IMG/VR virus record: IMGVR_UViG_3300042401_001180
DNA from: a virus
Taxonomy: Duplodnaviria; Heunggongvirae; Uroviricota; Caudoviricetes
Length of the DNA stretch: 64,000 nt
Strand: one strand, 5' to 3'
The notes beneath the pieces are model-generated. The model was not told where the DNA came from. It searched no databases and saw only the letters and a list, made by a program, of their open reading frames with translations. Below, in pieces: positions 28,933 to 38,941 of the stretch. A program made the position numbers and the translations under genes. Each line of letters opens with the position of its first letter. Within the stretch, counting starts at the first letter, position 1.

Positions 28933-30207
28933 ATGTTAGAAGAAAAACTAAAAAATATCCCAAAATCTAGTGGTTGTTACCTTTTTAAAGATAAAAAGGG
29001 ACAAATTATCTATGTTGGTAAGGCAAAACACCTTCCAAATAGGGTAAAATCGTACTTTTCTAACAAAAATCACTCAAGTAAGACTAAATTATTGGTTGAA
29101 AACGTGTCAGATGTTGATTTTTTAACAACTTTAGATGAAAATTCAGCTCTTGTACTTGAAAATGACTTAATTAAGTCCTATAATCCCAAATTTAACATCA
29201 AATTAAAGGACGATCGTTCAAAAAAATGGTATTTAACCCTAACAAATGGTGATTTTCCTCGTTTAGAGGTAAAAAATGACACTAATTTAGAGTCAGAACC
29301 ACTTATTTGTGTCTCAAGTAGTAGTTTATGTCACGAAATGTATGAATTATTACACGATATCTTTAATTTACGCTCTTGTTCCTATGATATTACACCCGAA
29401 AATGTTGAAAATACCAAGTTTTCTGTATGTTTAGAGTATCATATGGGTAGATGTGACGCTCCTTGTACTAATAATATCAATAAATTTGTATATAATTCTA
29501 TTCTTTCTGACTTAAAACAGTTATTATCGTTTAATTTTAGTCAAGTTAAGGGTAAATTAACCCGTAAAATGGGTGTTTTTAGTAAAAGTATGGAGTTTGA
29601 GAAGGCAAATGATGTAAAATTCAGGTTAGATGCCCTTGATAAGTACGAAAAATGTGTTGAAACTACTCGTATTGGTGGTTATTTGGTGATTGCGGACGAC
29701 TTTAAGACTAAATATGTGTTAAAAAACACCCCAATTGACATTGAAATGTATGATAACTCCCATACTAATGGTGATTGTCAGGTATCTGCCCTTGTTAGAT
29801 ACACCAATGGCAAGAAAAACACGTCAGAATACCGTAAATTCAACATAAAAACAGTAGAAGGACCTGATGATTACGCCTCTTTTGATGAAGTTTTACGTAG
29901 AAGGTTCACAAGATTGTTAAATGAGAAGAAAAAACTACCTGATATGGTTATAATTGACGGTGGTAAGGGACAATTAGGGGTAGCAAAGAGGGTTTTTGAG
30001 GAACTATCACTACTTGACAAGGTAGATTTACTATCTATTGGTAAAAATTCGTCTCACAAGTCAGATATTATTCATTTTTGTGATGGAAATAGTGTTAAAT
30101 TTGAAAATTCTAAGTTTTTTAACCTGCTTGGTACTATTCAAGATGAGGTTCACAGGTTTGTAATCACTTTTCACCGTAAAAAACGTAGTAAAGCGATGTT
30201 AGGATAG
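28933..30207 (+). CDS. uvrC: UvrC-like excinuclease (GIY-YIG + UVR + RNase H-like domain, no C-terminal HhH)
   Basis: GCYLFKD..G.IIYVGKAK.L..RV.SYF, LE..LIK...P.FN..LKD, IE.YDNSH, GPDDYA...EV..RRF, PD...IDGGKGQL, DE.HRF.I.FHR. Confidence 0.9.
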   Translation: MLEEKLKNIPKSSGCYLFKDKKGQIIYVGKAKHLPNRVKSYFSNKNHSSKTKLLVENVSDVDFLTTLDENSALVLENDLIKSYNPKFNIKLKDDRSKKWYLTLTNGDFPRLEVKNDTNLESEPLICVSSSSLCHEMYELLHDIFNLRSCSYDITPENVENTKFSVCLEYHMGRCDAPCTNNINKFVYNSILSDLKQLLSFNFSQVKGKLTRKMGVFSKSMEFEKANDVKFRLDALDKYEKCVETTRIGGYLVIADDFKTKYVLKNTPIDIEMYDNSHTNGDCQVSALVRYTNGKKNTSEYRKFNIKTVEGPDDYASFDEVLRRRFTRLLNEKKKLPDMVIIDGGKGQLGVAKRVFEELSLLDKVDLLSIGKNSSHKSDIIHFCDGNSVKFENSKFFNLLGTIQDEVHRFVITFHRKKRSKAMLG

Positions 30208-30849
30208 GTTTTTAAACCCTGTATGGTATATTTGAACAATCCAATTGGTAGATATTAAAGGGTATTCTTCTAAAACACTATCTAATTCTTGATATACTTC
30301 GTCAGATTCTAAATATGAACCCTTAAATTCAATAATTTGAAGGTAATTAGATATACATTCACCTAAATCAGTAATTAATGTGGTGTTTGTTGTTTCATTA
30401 TAGACTTTTCCCGACTTCGCATCAAACTCATTCCATATAAAAATGGAATCGTTGTCATATTCTGTATTAAAACCAACACTATGTCCTTGTATTTCAGTAG
30501 TCACAGTATAATTATAGTACTCATGAGACAATTTAAGGGTGGTAATGGATTGTAACACCCTTTTTATTTTATTTTTTAAAGTTTTACTGAAATATAACTT
30601 AGGATAATTGGTATCTATATGGTATTTGAACATGTGATTAACAAATTTACTAAAATCAAATAGGATATCGTCTAAATATTCATTAACAACTCCAATATAA
30701 AAAGATATGTCGTTAGGATTGTCAATTGAAAACTCAATTGTGTTACCATCTCTAAGAATTCTTTCAGGTTTTAGGTATAATCCTTCAATTTCTATTGAGT
30801 TTCCTCCAATAAAATCTAAAAATAGCCAATATAGTTGTGATTTATCCAT
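30199..30849 (-). CDS. Hypothetical protein, NPND.S family (paralog of 36533-37174 and 48365-49045)
   Basis: F.IDNPNDISF motif shared. Confidence 0.75.
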   Translation of the reverse strand: MDKSQLYWLFLDFIGGNSIEIEGLYLKPERILRDGNTIEFSIDNPNDISFYIGVVNEYLDDILFDFSKFVNHMFKYHIDTNYPKLYFSKTLKNKIKRVLQSITTLKLSHEYYNYTVTTEIQGHSVGFNTEYDNDSIFIWNEFDAKSGKVYNETTNTTLITDLGECISNYLQIIEFKGSYLESDEVYQELDSVLEEYPLISTNWIVQIYHTGFKNLS

Positions 30850-30872
30850 ATATTAATTAAATATATGTATAT

Positions 30873-31151
30873 TTAATCCTCATTGTAGTAAGAACTCTGT
30901 ACTCTAACCCCTTTAGGTAGGTTTACATCAGATCTTTTTACTCTATCTTGTCTTTTATATCTTTCAACAGGGAAATCTACGTTTAACTTGTTAAGTTGGA
31001 TGATGTATTTCATTCCATGCTCGTTAATTCTATTAATAACATCGTCAACAAGCTCAGTTCTTTCTGAAGCGGCAATTCCTGTAACAAAATCATTGCTTTC
31101 ATTAACTACTTTTTTAACAATTCTTCTAATATCTGATTCTTTTATTCTCAT
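30873..31151 (-). CDS. Leader-bearing small protein (MRIKESDIRRIVKKVVNE)
   Basis: 92 aa. Confidence 0.8.
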   Translation of the reverse strand: MRIKESDIRRIVKKVVNESNDFVTGIAASERTELVDDVINRINEHGMKYIIQLNKLNVDFPVERYKRQDRVKRSDVNLPKGVRVQSSYYNED

Positions 31152-32143
31152 CTTAATTGTTTTACTATGTTTTCAGCGAATACTATGAATCTTATAATCC
31201 CGTTTTCATCGTTATTAACAATTGCATCCATAAACTCGTTATATTTATCTTCAGGTAACATATCCATTTGAGTGGATATTTGTATTTCCATATAAGGAAG
31301 GTAACCTTTAACTCGGTTACTTAGTATACCTCTCATTCTATTAACTATTTCACGACCATAATTCATATTTTGAATCTCGTGTTTGTGTGTGTCTGTTGAT
31401 TTTACAAGAACCTTTCTTAGATCTTTATCTTTTGGTAAACTCGCAGCAGTTTTATAATACTCAGCACCCTTGATTAGTTCATGTAAAAGTAATGGGAAGT
31501 GTGGTGCTCTTGCTTCAATCTTAACTTTACCCCCTTCCATAGGTAAAACATCACAATATGCTATTCTACCCGCACCTGTTGACGCCATTCTTTCTAACAT
31601 ATCAGCATTATCCCAATAAAAATCAGAAATACCTTTAGTAAAATCTCTATATTGATTATAAAGTTGTGGATTAATAGCATCTAACTCTTCATCCATGAAG
31701 TTTGTGACATAATTAAACCCATCAATCCATGCTCTCGCTTGTGTTTGAGCATTTTGGAAGTGTCTTTTCTTTTCTAACTCCGAGAAATTAGGGTTCTTCT
31801 CTTTAACCCTTTTTATTTCACTTGAGGGAATGGTTTGTGTTGTTTGTCTACCACCTGGAGAAGATACTATTTTAGCATCCATCTCAACTCTACCATCATC
31901 AACCATCTGTTTCAATGATGGATAGATTCTATACAAAGCTTCAACGGCTAAATTTTCCAATTCTGTTTTATTTGCTCTCTCAACATTAGGTAAATTCTGC
32001 ATTACTCGCATCATATTACCAATCTTTTGCGTTTTTTCGGCCCTATCTTGAGTTGTACCCGCTTGTCTTGCCTGTTGTTTAAATTCATCAGGTAGATAAT
32101 CACCTACAGGAGGTGCTTCATATAGTAGTCGTCTTCTATTCAT
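31148..32143 (-). CDS. Hypothetical protein
   Basis: 331 aa; FPLLLHELIKG motif; in operon. Confidence 0.8.
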   Translation of the reverse strand: MNRRRLLYEAPPVGDYLPDEFKQQARQAGTTQDRAEKTQKIGNMMRVMQNLPNVERANKTELENLAVEALYRIYPSLKQMVDDGRVEMDAKIVSSPGGRQTTQTIPSSEIKRVKEKNPNFSELEKKRHFQNAQTQARAWIDGFNYVTNFMDEELDAINPQLYNQYRDFTKGISDFYWDNADMLERMASTGAGRIAYCDVLPMEGGKVKIEARAPHFPLLLHELIKGAEYYKTAASLPKDKDLRKVLVKSTDTHKHEIQNMNYGREIVNRMRGILSNRVKGYLPYMEIQISTQMDMLPEDKYNEFMDAIVNNDENGIIRFIVFAENIVKQLR

Positions 32144-32144
32144 A

Positions 32145-32672
32145 TTAATTATTGTTTCTTCTGTTCAAATACTTCGCAACTAAGTCCTCTAAACTTCTAC
32201 TTTCAGAATAATCTGTATCTACATCATCAATAAAAGGTTCGTTTTCGTCATCACCCAATCTACCTTGTGGTTCTAAATCAGGAAGTGGGTTAAATTCTTT
32301 ACCTCTATCAGGGTTGAATGGGTTAGGAAACGGGTCAGTGTCAGGACGACCTGGACGTGTTCTTGGTTTAGTCTCAGTTTCTGTATCAGGTTCCATTACA
32401 TCAGGATCGTTCATATCAAAATCAAATTCAAACTCATCATCAAACTCACCTTGAGGTTCCAAATCAGGAAGAGGATTAAATTCTTTACCTCTATCAGGAT
32501 TGAAAGGGTTAGGGAATGGATCTGTGTCAGGTTTACCTGGACGTGTTCTTGGTTTAGTCTCAGTTTCTGTATCAGGTTCCATTACATCAGGTTGTTCAGA
32601 AATAACAACCCCTCTTTGGTGTCCAAAAAGACGTTTCATCGTATTGATTTCATTTATTAAGTTTTTTTTCAT
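32145..32672 (-). CDS. Pro/acidic-rich protein with leader and 48-aa internal duplication
   Basis: MKKNLINEINTMKRLFG; PDVMEPDTETETKPRTRPG.PDTDPFPNPFNPDRGKEFNPLPDLEPQG twice. Confidence 0.8.
   Translation of the reverse strand: MKKNLINEINTMKRLFGHQRGVVISEQPDVMEPDTETETKPRTRPGKPDTDPFPNPFNPDRGKEFNPLPDLEPQGEFDDEFEFDFDMNDPDVMEPDTETETKPRTRPGRPDTDPFPNPFNPDRGKEFNPLPDLEPQGRLGDDENEPFIDDVDTDYSESRSLEDLVAKYLNRRNNN
32263..32591. repeat. 143-bp imperfect direct repeat (32263-32405, 32449-32591)
   Basis: near-identical amino acids, differences mostly synonymous. Confidence 0.9.
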
Positions 32673-32723
32673 AATTTTCTTTTTTTATAAATATACAGTT
32701 ATTTTTATTTATTAGTTTAATTC

Positions 32724-33203
32724 CTATCTTTTTTTAACTTCTTCAATATAATCAATCCTTCCATCAATAACTTCAGAATCGTCAATACTTTCATTAACAA
32801 TTTCACCATCGTAATAGGCAAAATCGTCAGAATTGTTTAATTGATCTCTCACTATATCCTCACCGTAACCATATACTCTATGTTTATATGTGTATGTAAC
32901 CCATTGTCTTTCTTCACTATTACAAAAAACATCAAACACACCTAACTTAGGTACCTTGATTGATTTATTTTCATCTCTATAGTTAGGATTTAATTCCATT
33001 AATTTAAAAAAGAATCCATACTCTTCCCATTCTAAATCGTGTAACCCATAATACTTAACAATACTATCAATAGATTCACACTGGTCTTCTTCATATCTAC
33101 TATGAATACTATACCCATTAAATTCCTCAATGAAAACGTCCTCAAGTTGTACTAAAAGTTTCCTTAACATTTTGTCAGTAAACTGTGTTGATAAATCTCG
33201 CAT
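32724..33203 (-). CDS. Acidic hypothetical protein
   Basis: 159 aa ORF. Confidence 0.75.
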   Translation of the reverse strand: MRDLSTQFTDKMLRKLLVQLEDVFIEEFNGYSIHSRYEEDQCESIDSIVKYYGLHDLEWEEYGFFFKLMELNPNYRDENKSIKVPKLGVFDVFCNSEERQWVTYTYKHRVYGYGEDIVRDQLNNSDDFAYYDGEIVNESIDDSEVIDGRIDYIEEVKKR

Positions 33204-33216
33204 ATCTATAAATACT

Positions 33217-33513
33217 TTAAACTTCTAATTGTTTATTTATTAAATAGTAGTGATACCCAAAAGAGTAATAAAGAAACGTTCCTTTATTTTTTAAAATGGT
33301 GTTTATCTTTTCTTTTTCTGAAACCTTAACTCCTACGATTTTTTTTCCATCGGGTAATTTTCTACCAGGGTGAGCATTTAATGTCTCAACCACAGGGTCC
33401 AAAAAGTATTTAAGATTTTTAATTAAAGATTTTTTATCACCAACAACACTAATGCCGTACTTCTTACAAAGTGATTTGATTTCAGGTAGTTCAAGTGTTT
33501 CTAATTTTTCCAT
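33217..33513 (-). CDS. SAP-like domain small protein
   Basis: L..L.LPEIK.LCK..G....G.K..LI..L; TAnnTTTG at 33534-33541. Confidence 0.6.
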   Translation of the reverse strand: MEKLETLELPEIKSLCKKYGISVVGDKKSLIKNLKYFLDPVVETLNAHPGRKLPDGKKIVGVKVSEKEKINTILKNKGTFLYYSFGYHYYLINKQLEV

Positions 33514-33549
33514 ACAGTAAAACGATTATTTTACAAATATACAAAAAAA

Positions 33550-33948
33550 TTATAAATCATAAAATATGACACCTAAATTTATTTTTATAGACTCATCCAT
33601 ATAATCAAATTTTAAGTCATATAACATATGTGAAACACCCATTAACAGTCTTCCTGTTTGGTGTTTTACTAAGTTACCCTCATCAGTAAAATAATAACTA
33701 CTAAACACCTCATTTAAAATCTCATCTACCCTTTTTAGTCTTGATGCGATTATTGACAAGTCAGGTTCAGGATAACTCATAACAATATAGATATCACCTT
33801 CAAGATCAACCAATCCTTCATCATTAACCCCTGGCATAACATTATATTGTACCTCTCTAATAATATTACCAAATTTAACCTCAAGAATATATTTTAAAGT
33901 TTCAAAAGATTCTAATGTCTTTTCTTTAATTTTAATTCTGTCCTCCAT
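33550..33948 (-). CDS. Hypothetical protein
   Basis: 132 aa ORF. Confidence 0.7.
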   Translation of the reverse strand: MEDRIKIKEKTLESFETLKYILEVKFGNIIREVQYNVMPGVNDEGLVDLEGDIYIVMSYPEPDLSIIASRLKRVDEILNEVFSSYYFTDEGNLVKHQTGRLLMGVSHMLYDLKFDYMDESIKINLGVIFYDL

Positions 33949-34278
33949 TTATAAAGACTTAAATAACGATTGTTTAGTATTTAAAAAATCTGATACCACT
34001 TTAACAGCCTCTTCATTATCAACATAAATCTTTTTAAGTGGTTCAAACTTATCACCCAATTCAGGATTGTTAAATAATTTACTATCTCTTATGTCTTGTG
34101 GTAAAGTCACGCCTTTTGATTTCCAAGTGAATTTAATTTTAGACTTCCCTGGACCTTCAGGTGTTACCTGTAATTCGGGTAAATCAGACTCCTCTTCAAA
34201 AAGAAATTTATTTTTTATATACCGTTTTTCGGCAATCAAATTATTTGACTGCATTATTTTTTGTTTTCTACTAAACAT
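33949..34278 (-). CDS. Hypothetical protein (SRKQKI...N.L.E.RY start)
   Basis: 109 aa; TATTTAT upstream. Confidence 0.7.
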   Translation of the reverse strand: MFSRKQKIMQSNNLIAEKRYIKNKFLFEEESDLPELQVTPEGPGKSKIKFTWKSKGVTLPQDIRDSKLFNNPELGDKFEPLKKIYVDNEEAVKVVSDFLNTKQSLFKSL

Positions 34279-34350
34279 ATTTTTTATTATTATCTAATAA
34301 ATATTTGACTTACATTAAAAAATGAAGTATTATTAATAAAAATATTAAAT

Positions 34351-34776
34351 ATGAAAAAAACACAAAATGGTGACACAGTCACAGTAAACTACACGGGACG
34401 GTTGGTAGATGGGACTGTCTTTGATTCTTCATTAAACGAAGGGAGAGAACCATTGGTTGTAAAATTAGGCGAAGGTAACCTAATTAAAGGATTTGAAAAC
34501 GGATTAATTGATATGGTCGTTGGTGATAAAAAAACCGTAGAGATAGAAGTTGAGGATGCGTACGGAGTTTATAATGATTACATGATTCAAGAAGTCCCTA
34601 AAGAACAAATGCCAGGTGATGTTGAGGTTGGTACCTCCCTTCAAGCAAGTACACAAATGGGTGTTGTTAATTTTATCGTAAAAGAGGTAAAAGAGGATGT
34701 AGTTATTTTAGACGCCAATCATCCTTTAGCTGGTGAAAAACTTATTTTTGATTTAGAGGTTTTAGAGGTTCAGTAA
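34351..34776 (+). CDS. slyD: FKBP-type peptidyl-prolyl isomerase, SlyD-like (no His-rich tail)
   Basis: V.Y.G.L.DG..FDSS...G...LI.GFE..L..M..G.......EDAYG...D.NHPLAG..L.F..EV. Confidence 0.9.
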   Translation: MKKTQNGDTVTVNYTGRLVDGTVFDSSLNEGREPLVVKLGEGNLIKGFENGLIDMVVGDKKTVEIEVEDAYGVYNDYMIQEVPKEQMPGDVEVGTSLQASTQMGVVNFIVKEVKEDVVILDANHPLAGEKLIFDLEVLEVQ

Positions 34777-34782
34777 AAATAT

Positions 34783-34819
34783 AAAACCCCCACAGGTAGC
34801 GACACTTATGGGGGTTTTT
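34783..34819. terminator. Bidirectional intrinsic terminator
   Basis: aaaaccccca...tgggggtttt between convergent genes. Confidence 0.8.
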
Positions 34820-34840
34820 ATTGCCGTAGCAATAACGGTC

Positions 34841-35275
34841 CTAAACCGTGTCTTTAATCTCTACATTCATAATGTTATCGTATAGCTCATCTGACATTGT
34901 AATATTTTTTAAATTAACTCTTGGGTAATCCCCATCCGTAAAATATTTTAAAAGTTCATCAACACATCTTGTTATCCCATAAGTAAAGGTATATTCTTTT
35001 TTAAAAAAAACGGTTATTAATCTGTCCTTATCAAAATCCCTACCCATTATTTTAAAGTAAGGTTTGTATGGTTCCTGAATATCTAAAATTTCCAAATCAA
35101 CTTCTGCATACATATAGTACTCACCAACAGACATCATTCTTCTTTCCCCAACAATTTTAAATCTATATTCAATATCATACTCAGGACCATCATATGATAA
35201 AAATGGTATAGAACACGTAAATGTTTCATTAGACAAATACCTATTAACTTGTTCTCTTTCTTTTTCGTTAAACAT
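34841..35275 (-). CDS. Hypothetical protein
   Basis: 144 aa ORF. Confidence 0.7.
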   Translation of the reverse strand: MFNEKEREQVNRYLSNETFTCSIPFLSYDGPEYDIEYRFKIVGERRMMSVGEYYMYAEVDLEILDIQEPYKPYFKIMGRDFDKDRLITVFFKKEYTFTYGITRCVDELLKYFTDGDYPRVNLKNITMSDELYDNIMNVEIKDTV

Positions 35276-35412
35276 TATATTTCAAAGTATAATAAATCTT
35301 TTATTCCGTTTGTTTGGTGTTTCTGATATCCTCTTTTTTTCATCATCCCTTGTAACGCATCATTTTCCATCATTAATGACTTAATACGTGTTATTTCCTC
35401 GTTGAGGTTCAT
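35275..35412 (-). CDS. 45-aa leader-bearing peptide missing from the ORF track
   Basis: MNLNEEITRIKSLMMENDALQGMMKKRGYQKHQTNGIKDLLYFEI; TATTTATA at 35417-35424; TAATG overlap with the next gene. Confidence 0.6.
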   Translation of the reverse strand: MNLNEEITRIKSLMMENDALQGMMKKRGYQKHQTNGIKDLLYFEI

Positions 35413-35436
35413 GACATATAAATATCTATTAAATTA

Positions 35437-35467
35437 AAAACCCACCGATGGGGTGGGTTTTATTTTT
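35437..35467 (-). terminator. Intrinsic terminator
   Basis: aaaacccacc-gatgg-ggtgggtttt inverted repeat with T/A tracts. Confidence 0.8.
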
Positions 35468-35653
35468 TTAATTGAACAGTCTTTGCATTTTATCGAAAAG
35501 AAATTTTTGTTTTATTTTTAAATCGCTAATTTGTCTTTCTTCCTTTACACCCAATTCAAAATGTTCACTTTTAATTTGGGATATTTGATTGTCTAACCTT
35601 CTATGTTCCATTATAAGATTATCGTAAATTTGTGCCTTTTCTTGATCGTTCAT
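35468..35653 (-). CDS. Small coiled-coil protein (DUF465/YdcH-like)
   Basis: L..EH..LD.QI.......LK..K..L pattern. Confidence 0.55.
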   Translation of the reverse strand: MNDQEKAQIYDNLIMEHRRLDNQISQIKSEHFELGVKEERQISDLKIKQKFLFDKMQRLFN

Positions 35654-35705
35654 AATTTATATTTTATATAAATATAGAATCAAACAAGTTTTAATAAACC
35701 GTTAA

Positions 35706-36458
35706 CTATAAAAAGTAACTTCTTAGAACTTTTCTAATAGATTCATTAACTTTAATAATTAATTCACTTTTACCTGATTTAGATTTAGGAAAACTTAAAT
35801 CATTTCCATCCCAAACAACGTTAGTCGTATATGCACTACCAGAAGAGGGGCTAACAAGTGAATGTACGTCATTTGAACTATCAAGAGTTAAATAAACATT
35901 ATTTATTTTGTCATCACACTTTGATTTTAATCTTAACCAAAATGAATTAACTGTTCCCGTTTTAATATTATAATAAACACCAATTTTATAATTTTTTCCT
36001 TTATCTATTTCAAAACAAGGAACAGTACCATCTAAAAGGGATTGAAAAATATCATCTTCATCTGATAATAAATCATTTGGGGTTTTAAGTGAAACATTAT
36101 TGAATTTACTAAATAAATCTTTCCAATCATTACCCACTAATTTTTGGTCCTTAATGGTTAGGTACCCACTGTGATAAATATGAACATTAAAACCATCAAT
36201 TTCATTGTACATTTGTAAAAAATAATCAACACCATTAGGTATTTTTTTTGTTGTGTTGTAATTTTTAAAAACGGAATCAGAATTTATTAATTTATATTTG
36301 CCATCATCTAAAATACCTATAGAACTGTTTTTATCTAATATTAATATATCTCCCTCAGAATTTGGTACGCCTGTAGGTATATACTCAGTTTCTTCTTTTA
36401 AAACACGTTTAACAATTCGTTTTAAATCTGATTCTGTAAGTCTTATTACTTTTTTCAT
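35706..36458 (-). CDS. Leader-bearing hypothetical protein (MKKVIRLTESDLKRIVKRVLKEE)
   Basis: 250 aa; C-terminus ends with leader-like VNESIRKVLR. Confidence 0.8.
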   Translation of the reverse strand: MKKVIRLTESDLKRIVKRVLKEETEYIPTGVPNSEGDILILDKNSSIGILDDGKYKLINSDSVFKNYNTTKKIPNGVDYFLQMYNEIDGFNVHIYHSGYLTIKDQKLVGNDWKDLFSKFNNVSLKTPNDLLSDEDDIFQSLLDGTVPCFEIDKGKNYKIGVYYNIKTGTVNSFWLRLKSKCDDKINNVYLTLDSSNDVHSLVSPSSGSAYTTNVVWDGNDLSFPKSKSGKSELIIKVNESIRKVLRSYFL

Positions 36459-36532
36459 ATTATATAAATATATTCTAGTAAAGATTATATCGTAATAAAT
36501 AGTATTTTTTTATGTTATTTATAATAAAACGT

Positions 36533-37174
36533 TTAAACAAACTTTGTATCAAAGTATGAAGCATAACCGTCCATAACTAAAAGAGGGTATCTACTCTCCA
36601 AAATAATAGAATCAACTTTAGAATAAATATTTTCAGTTTCCCAATAAGTTTCTTTATCTTGTAAAAATAAATTATATGTTGAAATCGCAGAATTAATGTC
36701 GGTATCATCACCATCTATAGTTGCCCGTGTCGGTTTTAATTTATTATCTATGGTATAATTATCACGATCACAATATAACACCATACCTGTAGATTCACCA
36801 TATATTCTAATTTTAGATGTTATATTATAACTTTCTTGATAACCAAATTCTATATAATTTATTTCATCAAAAACTTTTTGGATTTTACCTCTAAGATTAT
36901 TATTTAGATAAAATTTTTTTTGTTCATCATTTAACAATAATCTTAACATAAATGATTCGATATTAACATACAACGAAAATTCCTCAACAATAAGTATTAA
37001 ATGTTCTTCAATAATTGAATGGTGATACGAAACGTCATTTGTATTTTCAAAAATAAATCTAAAGTGTGGGGAGTGGTCACCACTCACATCAAATAAAGAA
37101 ATTTTCAACCCATATAAGTCAAAGTCTTTTCCATAATAATCATTAAATATTTTTTTTATTAAATCAGAATCCAT
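36533..37174 (-). CDS. Hypothetical protein, NPND.S family
   Basis: F.FENTNDVSY; paralog of 30199-30849. Confidence 0.75.
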   Translation of the reverse strand: MDSDLIKKIFNDYYGKDFDLYGLKISLFDVSGDHSPHFRFIFENTNDVSYHHSIIEEHLILIVEEFSLYVNIESFMLRLLLNDEQKKFYLNNNLRGKIQKVFDEINYIEFGYQESYNITSKIRIYGESTGMVLYCDRDNYTIDNKLKPTRATIDGDDTDINSAISTYNLFLQDKETYWETENIYSKVDSIILESRYPLLVMDGYASYFDTKFV

Positions 37175-37189
37175 ATGTTATAAATACCA

Positions 37190-37702
37190 TCACCCTACAA
37201 ATTGAGTATTAATATCCGCCCATGAATTAACTCTTTGGGTTACAGTGTATTGTTGTTTACGGGATTCGTACTGATAATACAAGTCTCTAAGATTAAATCT
37301 TTCAAAATAACCTCTGCTGTTGGTTGGCATGTCGTACCCAAAAAGATTTTCATTTCTATCATACCCATAAAGTTCAAACTCCATATAAGGTACAATATCA
37401 GGTAGGTACCCATAAAACGTTTCAAAAATTTCAAACGTAGATATAAAGTCAACATCACCATAAAGTGTGTTTACTGTATATGATGGATCAAAATTAGATG
37501 GGTTATAAATCTTGTGGGGATTCACATCGTGTATTTCTATAACAATACAGTTGTGTTCAAGTGAGATGTAATGGTTAAAATTATACATTGATTTAAAAAA
37601 TACATCAACAAGTCTAAGATAATTTCCGTGATGTCTTTTTAATTTTGAATAGGGGTATTTTACTTCCTGTCTAAGATTTGGTATTTGTAAATGACACATC
37701 AT
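37190..37702 (-). CDS. Hypothetical protein
   Basis: 170 aa ORF. Confidence 0.65.
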   Translation of the reverse strand: MMCHLQIPNLRQEVKYPYSKLKRHHGNYLRLVDVFFKSMYNFNHYISLEHNCIVIEIHDVNPHKIYNPSNFDPSYTVNTLYGDVDFISTFEIFETFYGYLPDIVPYMEFELYGYDRNENLFGYDMPTNSRGYFERFNLRDLYYQYESRKQQYTVTQRVNSWADINTQFVG

Positions 37703-37752
37703 ACCAAAATATAAAATAATAAAAAGATTATATCAAGTGGTGTAATAACAAG

Positions 37753-38877
37753 TTAATATTCTTCTTCAAAATACATATCGATAATATCAGAAAATGTTAA
37801 ACCCATAATTCCAATTCCAAGTTTTTCAATAATTTCATTATCAACCATTTCAAATCCTTCTTCGTCGATAAACCATTCAAACTCACCTCTATCTTGATAT
37901 AAATATTTTACACCATCAAGTTCAAAAAGATACATTGGACCCCAAAAATTTAAATATTTTTTAATCATATCACTTCCAATACCATTATCAAAACTCATTG
38001 GCACATCGTAAATGGATGTTATTTGTTGGATTCTGTCAGAAAAATCAACACCAAAGGAATCTTTTAAAAATTTTTTATTTTTATCTGTAGATTCACTTAA
38101 CAACACATCATTGTCTGTTGAGTCAACGATTCTATCTACTTTCAATCCGGAATTTTCTTCAAACCAATCTTTAAATACTGAATACCAAGAGTCATTAAAA
38201 TACTCATTTAGTTTTTTACAAACCCATGGCATAATTTCCAATGTCCCGTCATCGTAATAAATATACGCTTCAGAATCATCTATATGAAATGTTGTTGATC
38301 CGAACACTCTAACCTCCTCATCATAAAAATCAAATAACTTTGGACCCCAATCATAATCGGGATAAAAGTCATCTTTCAAAAAACTATAAATTAGGGTTTC
38401 CAAATTAGATTTTTCATTTGCAGATTCGTTAATATTTTTTTTCTTTTTTACGTTATATCTTTTTGTCCTATTTGTACTATACACATATTCATCACCTTCA
38501 TCATCAATTCTTCTTTCATCTTCAAACCCATAATCATATTGAACACAATCACATTTAATTCCCGTATGATTATAAACATAATCAACCAAAACTTTAGAAA
38601 ATAATTTATGTCTATAATGTGGAAAATAACGTTCCATGTTTTCTGTAAATGAAGTATCCAAAGTTAAATCATATATACAACCCTTATTTTTTGGGCCTGT
38701 AACCCATATTGCCATAACCTCAACACCGGATTTATCCAATATGGAATGAGTATGTGGACTAGGTTCTCCATTCCTTTTTTTTTCTTTTACTGTCAGTAAT
38801 GATATCTTACCAAGCAAAACATCCAAAAGATTTGTAATTAAAGATTTATATTGTGATTTTGTAATGATTATTTTCAT
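37753..38877 (-). CDS. Leader-bearing three-module polyprotein-like protein
   Basis: MKIIITKSQY; internal NINE|S and LLSE|S junctions. Confidence 0.8.
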   Translation of the reverse strand: MKIIITKSQYKSLITNLLDVLLGKISLLTVKEKKRNGEPSPHTHSILDKSGVEVMAIWVTGPKNKGCIYDLTLDTSFTENMERYFPHYRHKLFSKVLVDYVYNHTGIKCDCVQYDYGFEDERRIDDEGDEYVYSTNRTKRYNVKKKKNINESANEKSNLETLIYSFLKDDFYPDYDWGPKLFDFYDEEVRVFGSTTFHIDDSEAYIYYDDGTLEIMPWVCKKLNEYFNDSWYSVFKDWFEENSGLKVDRIVDSTDNDVLLSESTDKNKKFLKDSFGVDFSDRIQQITSIYDVPMSFDNGIGSDMIKKYLNFWGPMYLFELDGVKYLYQDRGEFEWFIDEEGFEMVDNEIIEKLGIGIMGLTFSDIIDMYFEEEY

Positions 38878-38897
38878 ATAAGATAAATATAGGGGGA

Positions 38898-38933
38898 AAC
38901 AAAAAAAACCCATCCATTAAGATGAGGTTTTTT
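38898..38933 (-). terminator. Intrinsic terminator (imperfect stem)
   Basis: minus aaaacctcatc-ttaat-ggatgggtttttttt. Confidence 0.6.
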
Positions 38934-38941
38934 AATATTAC

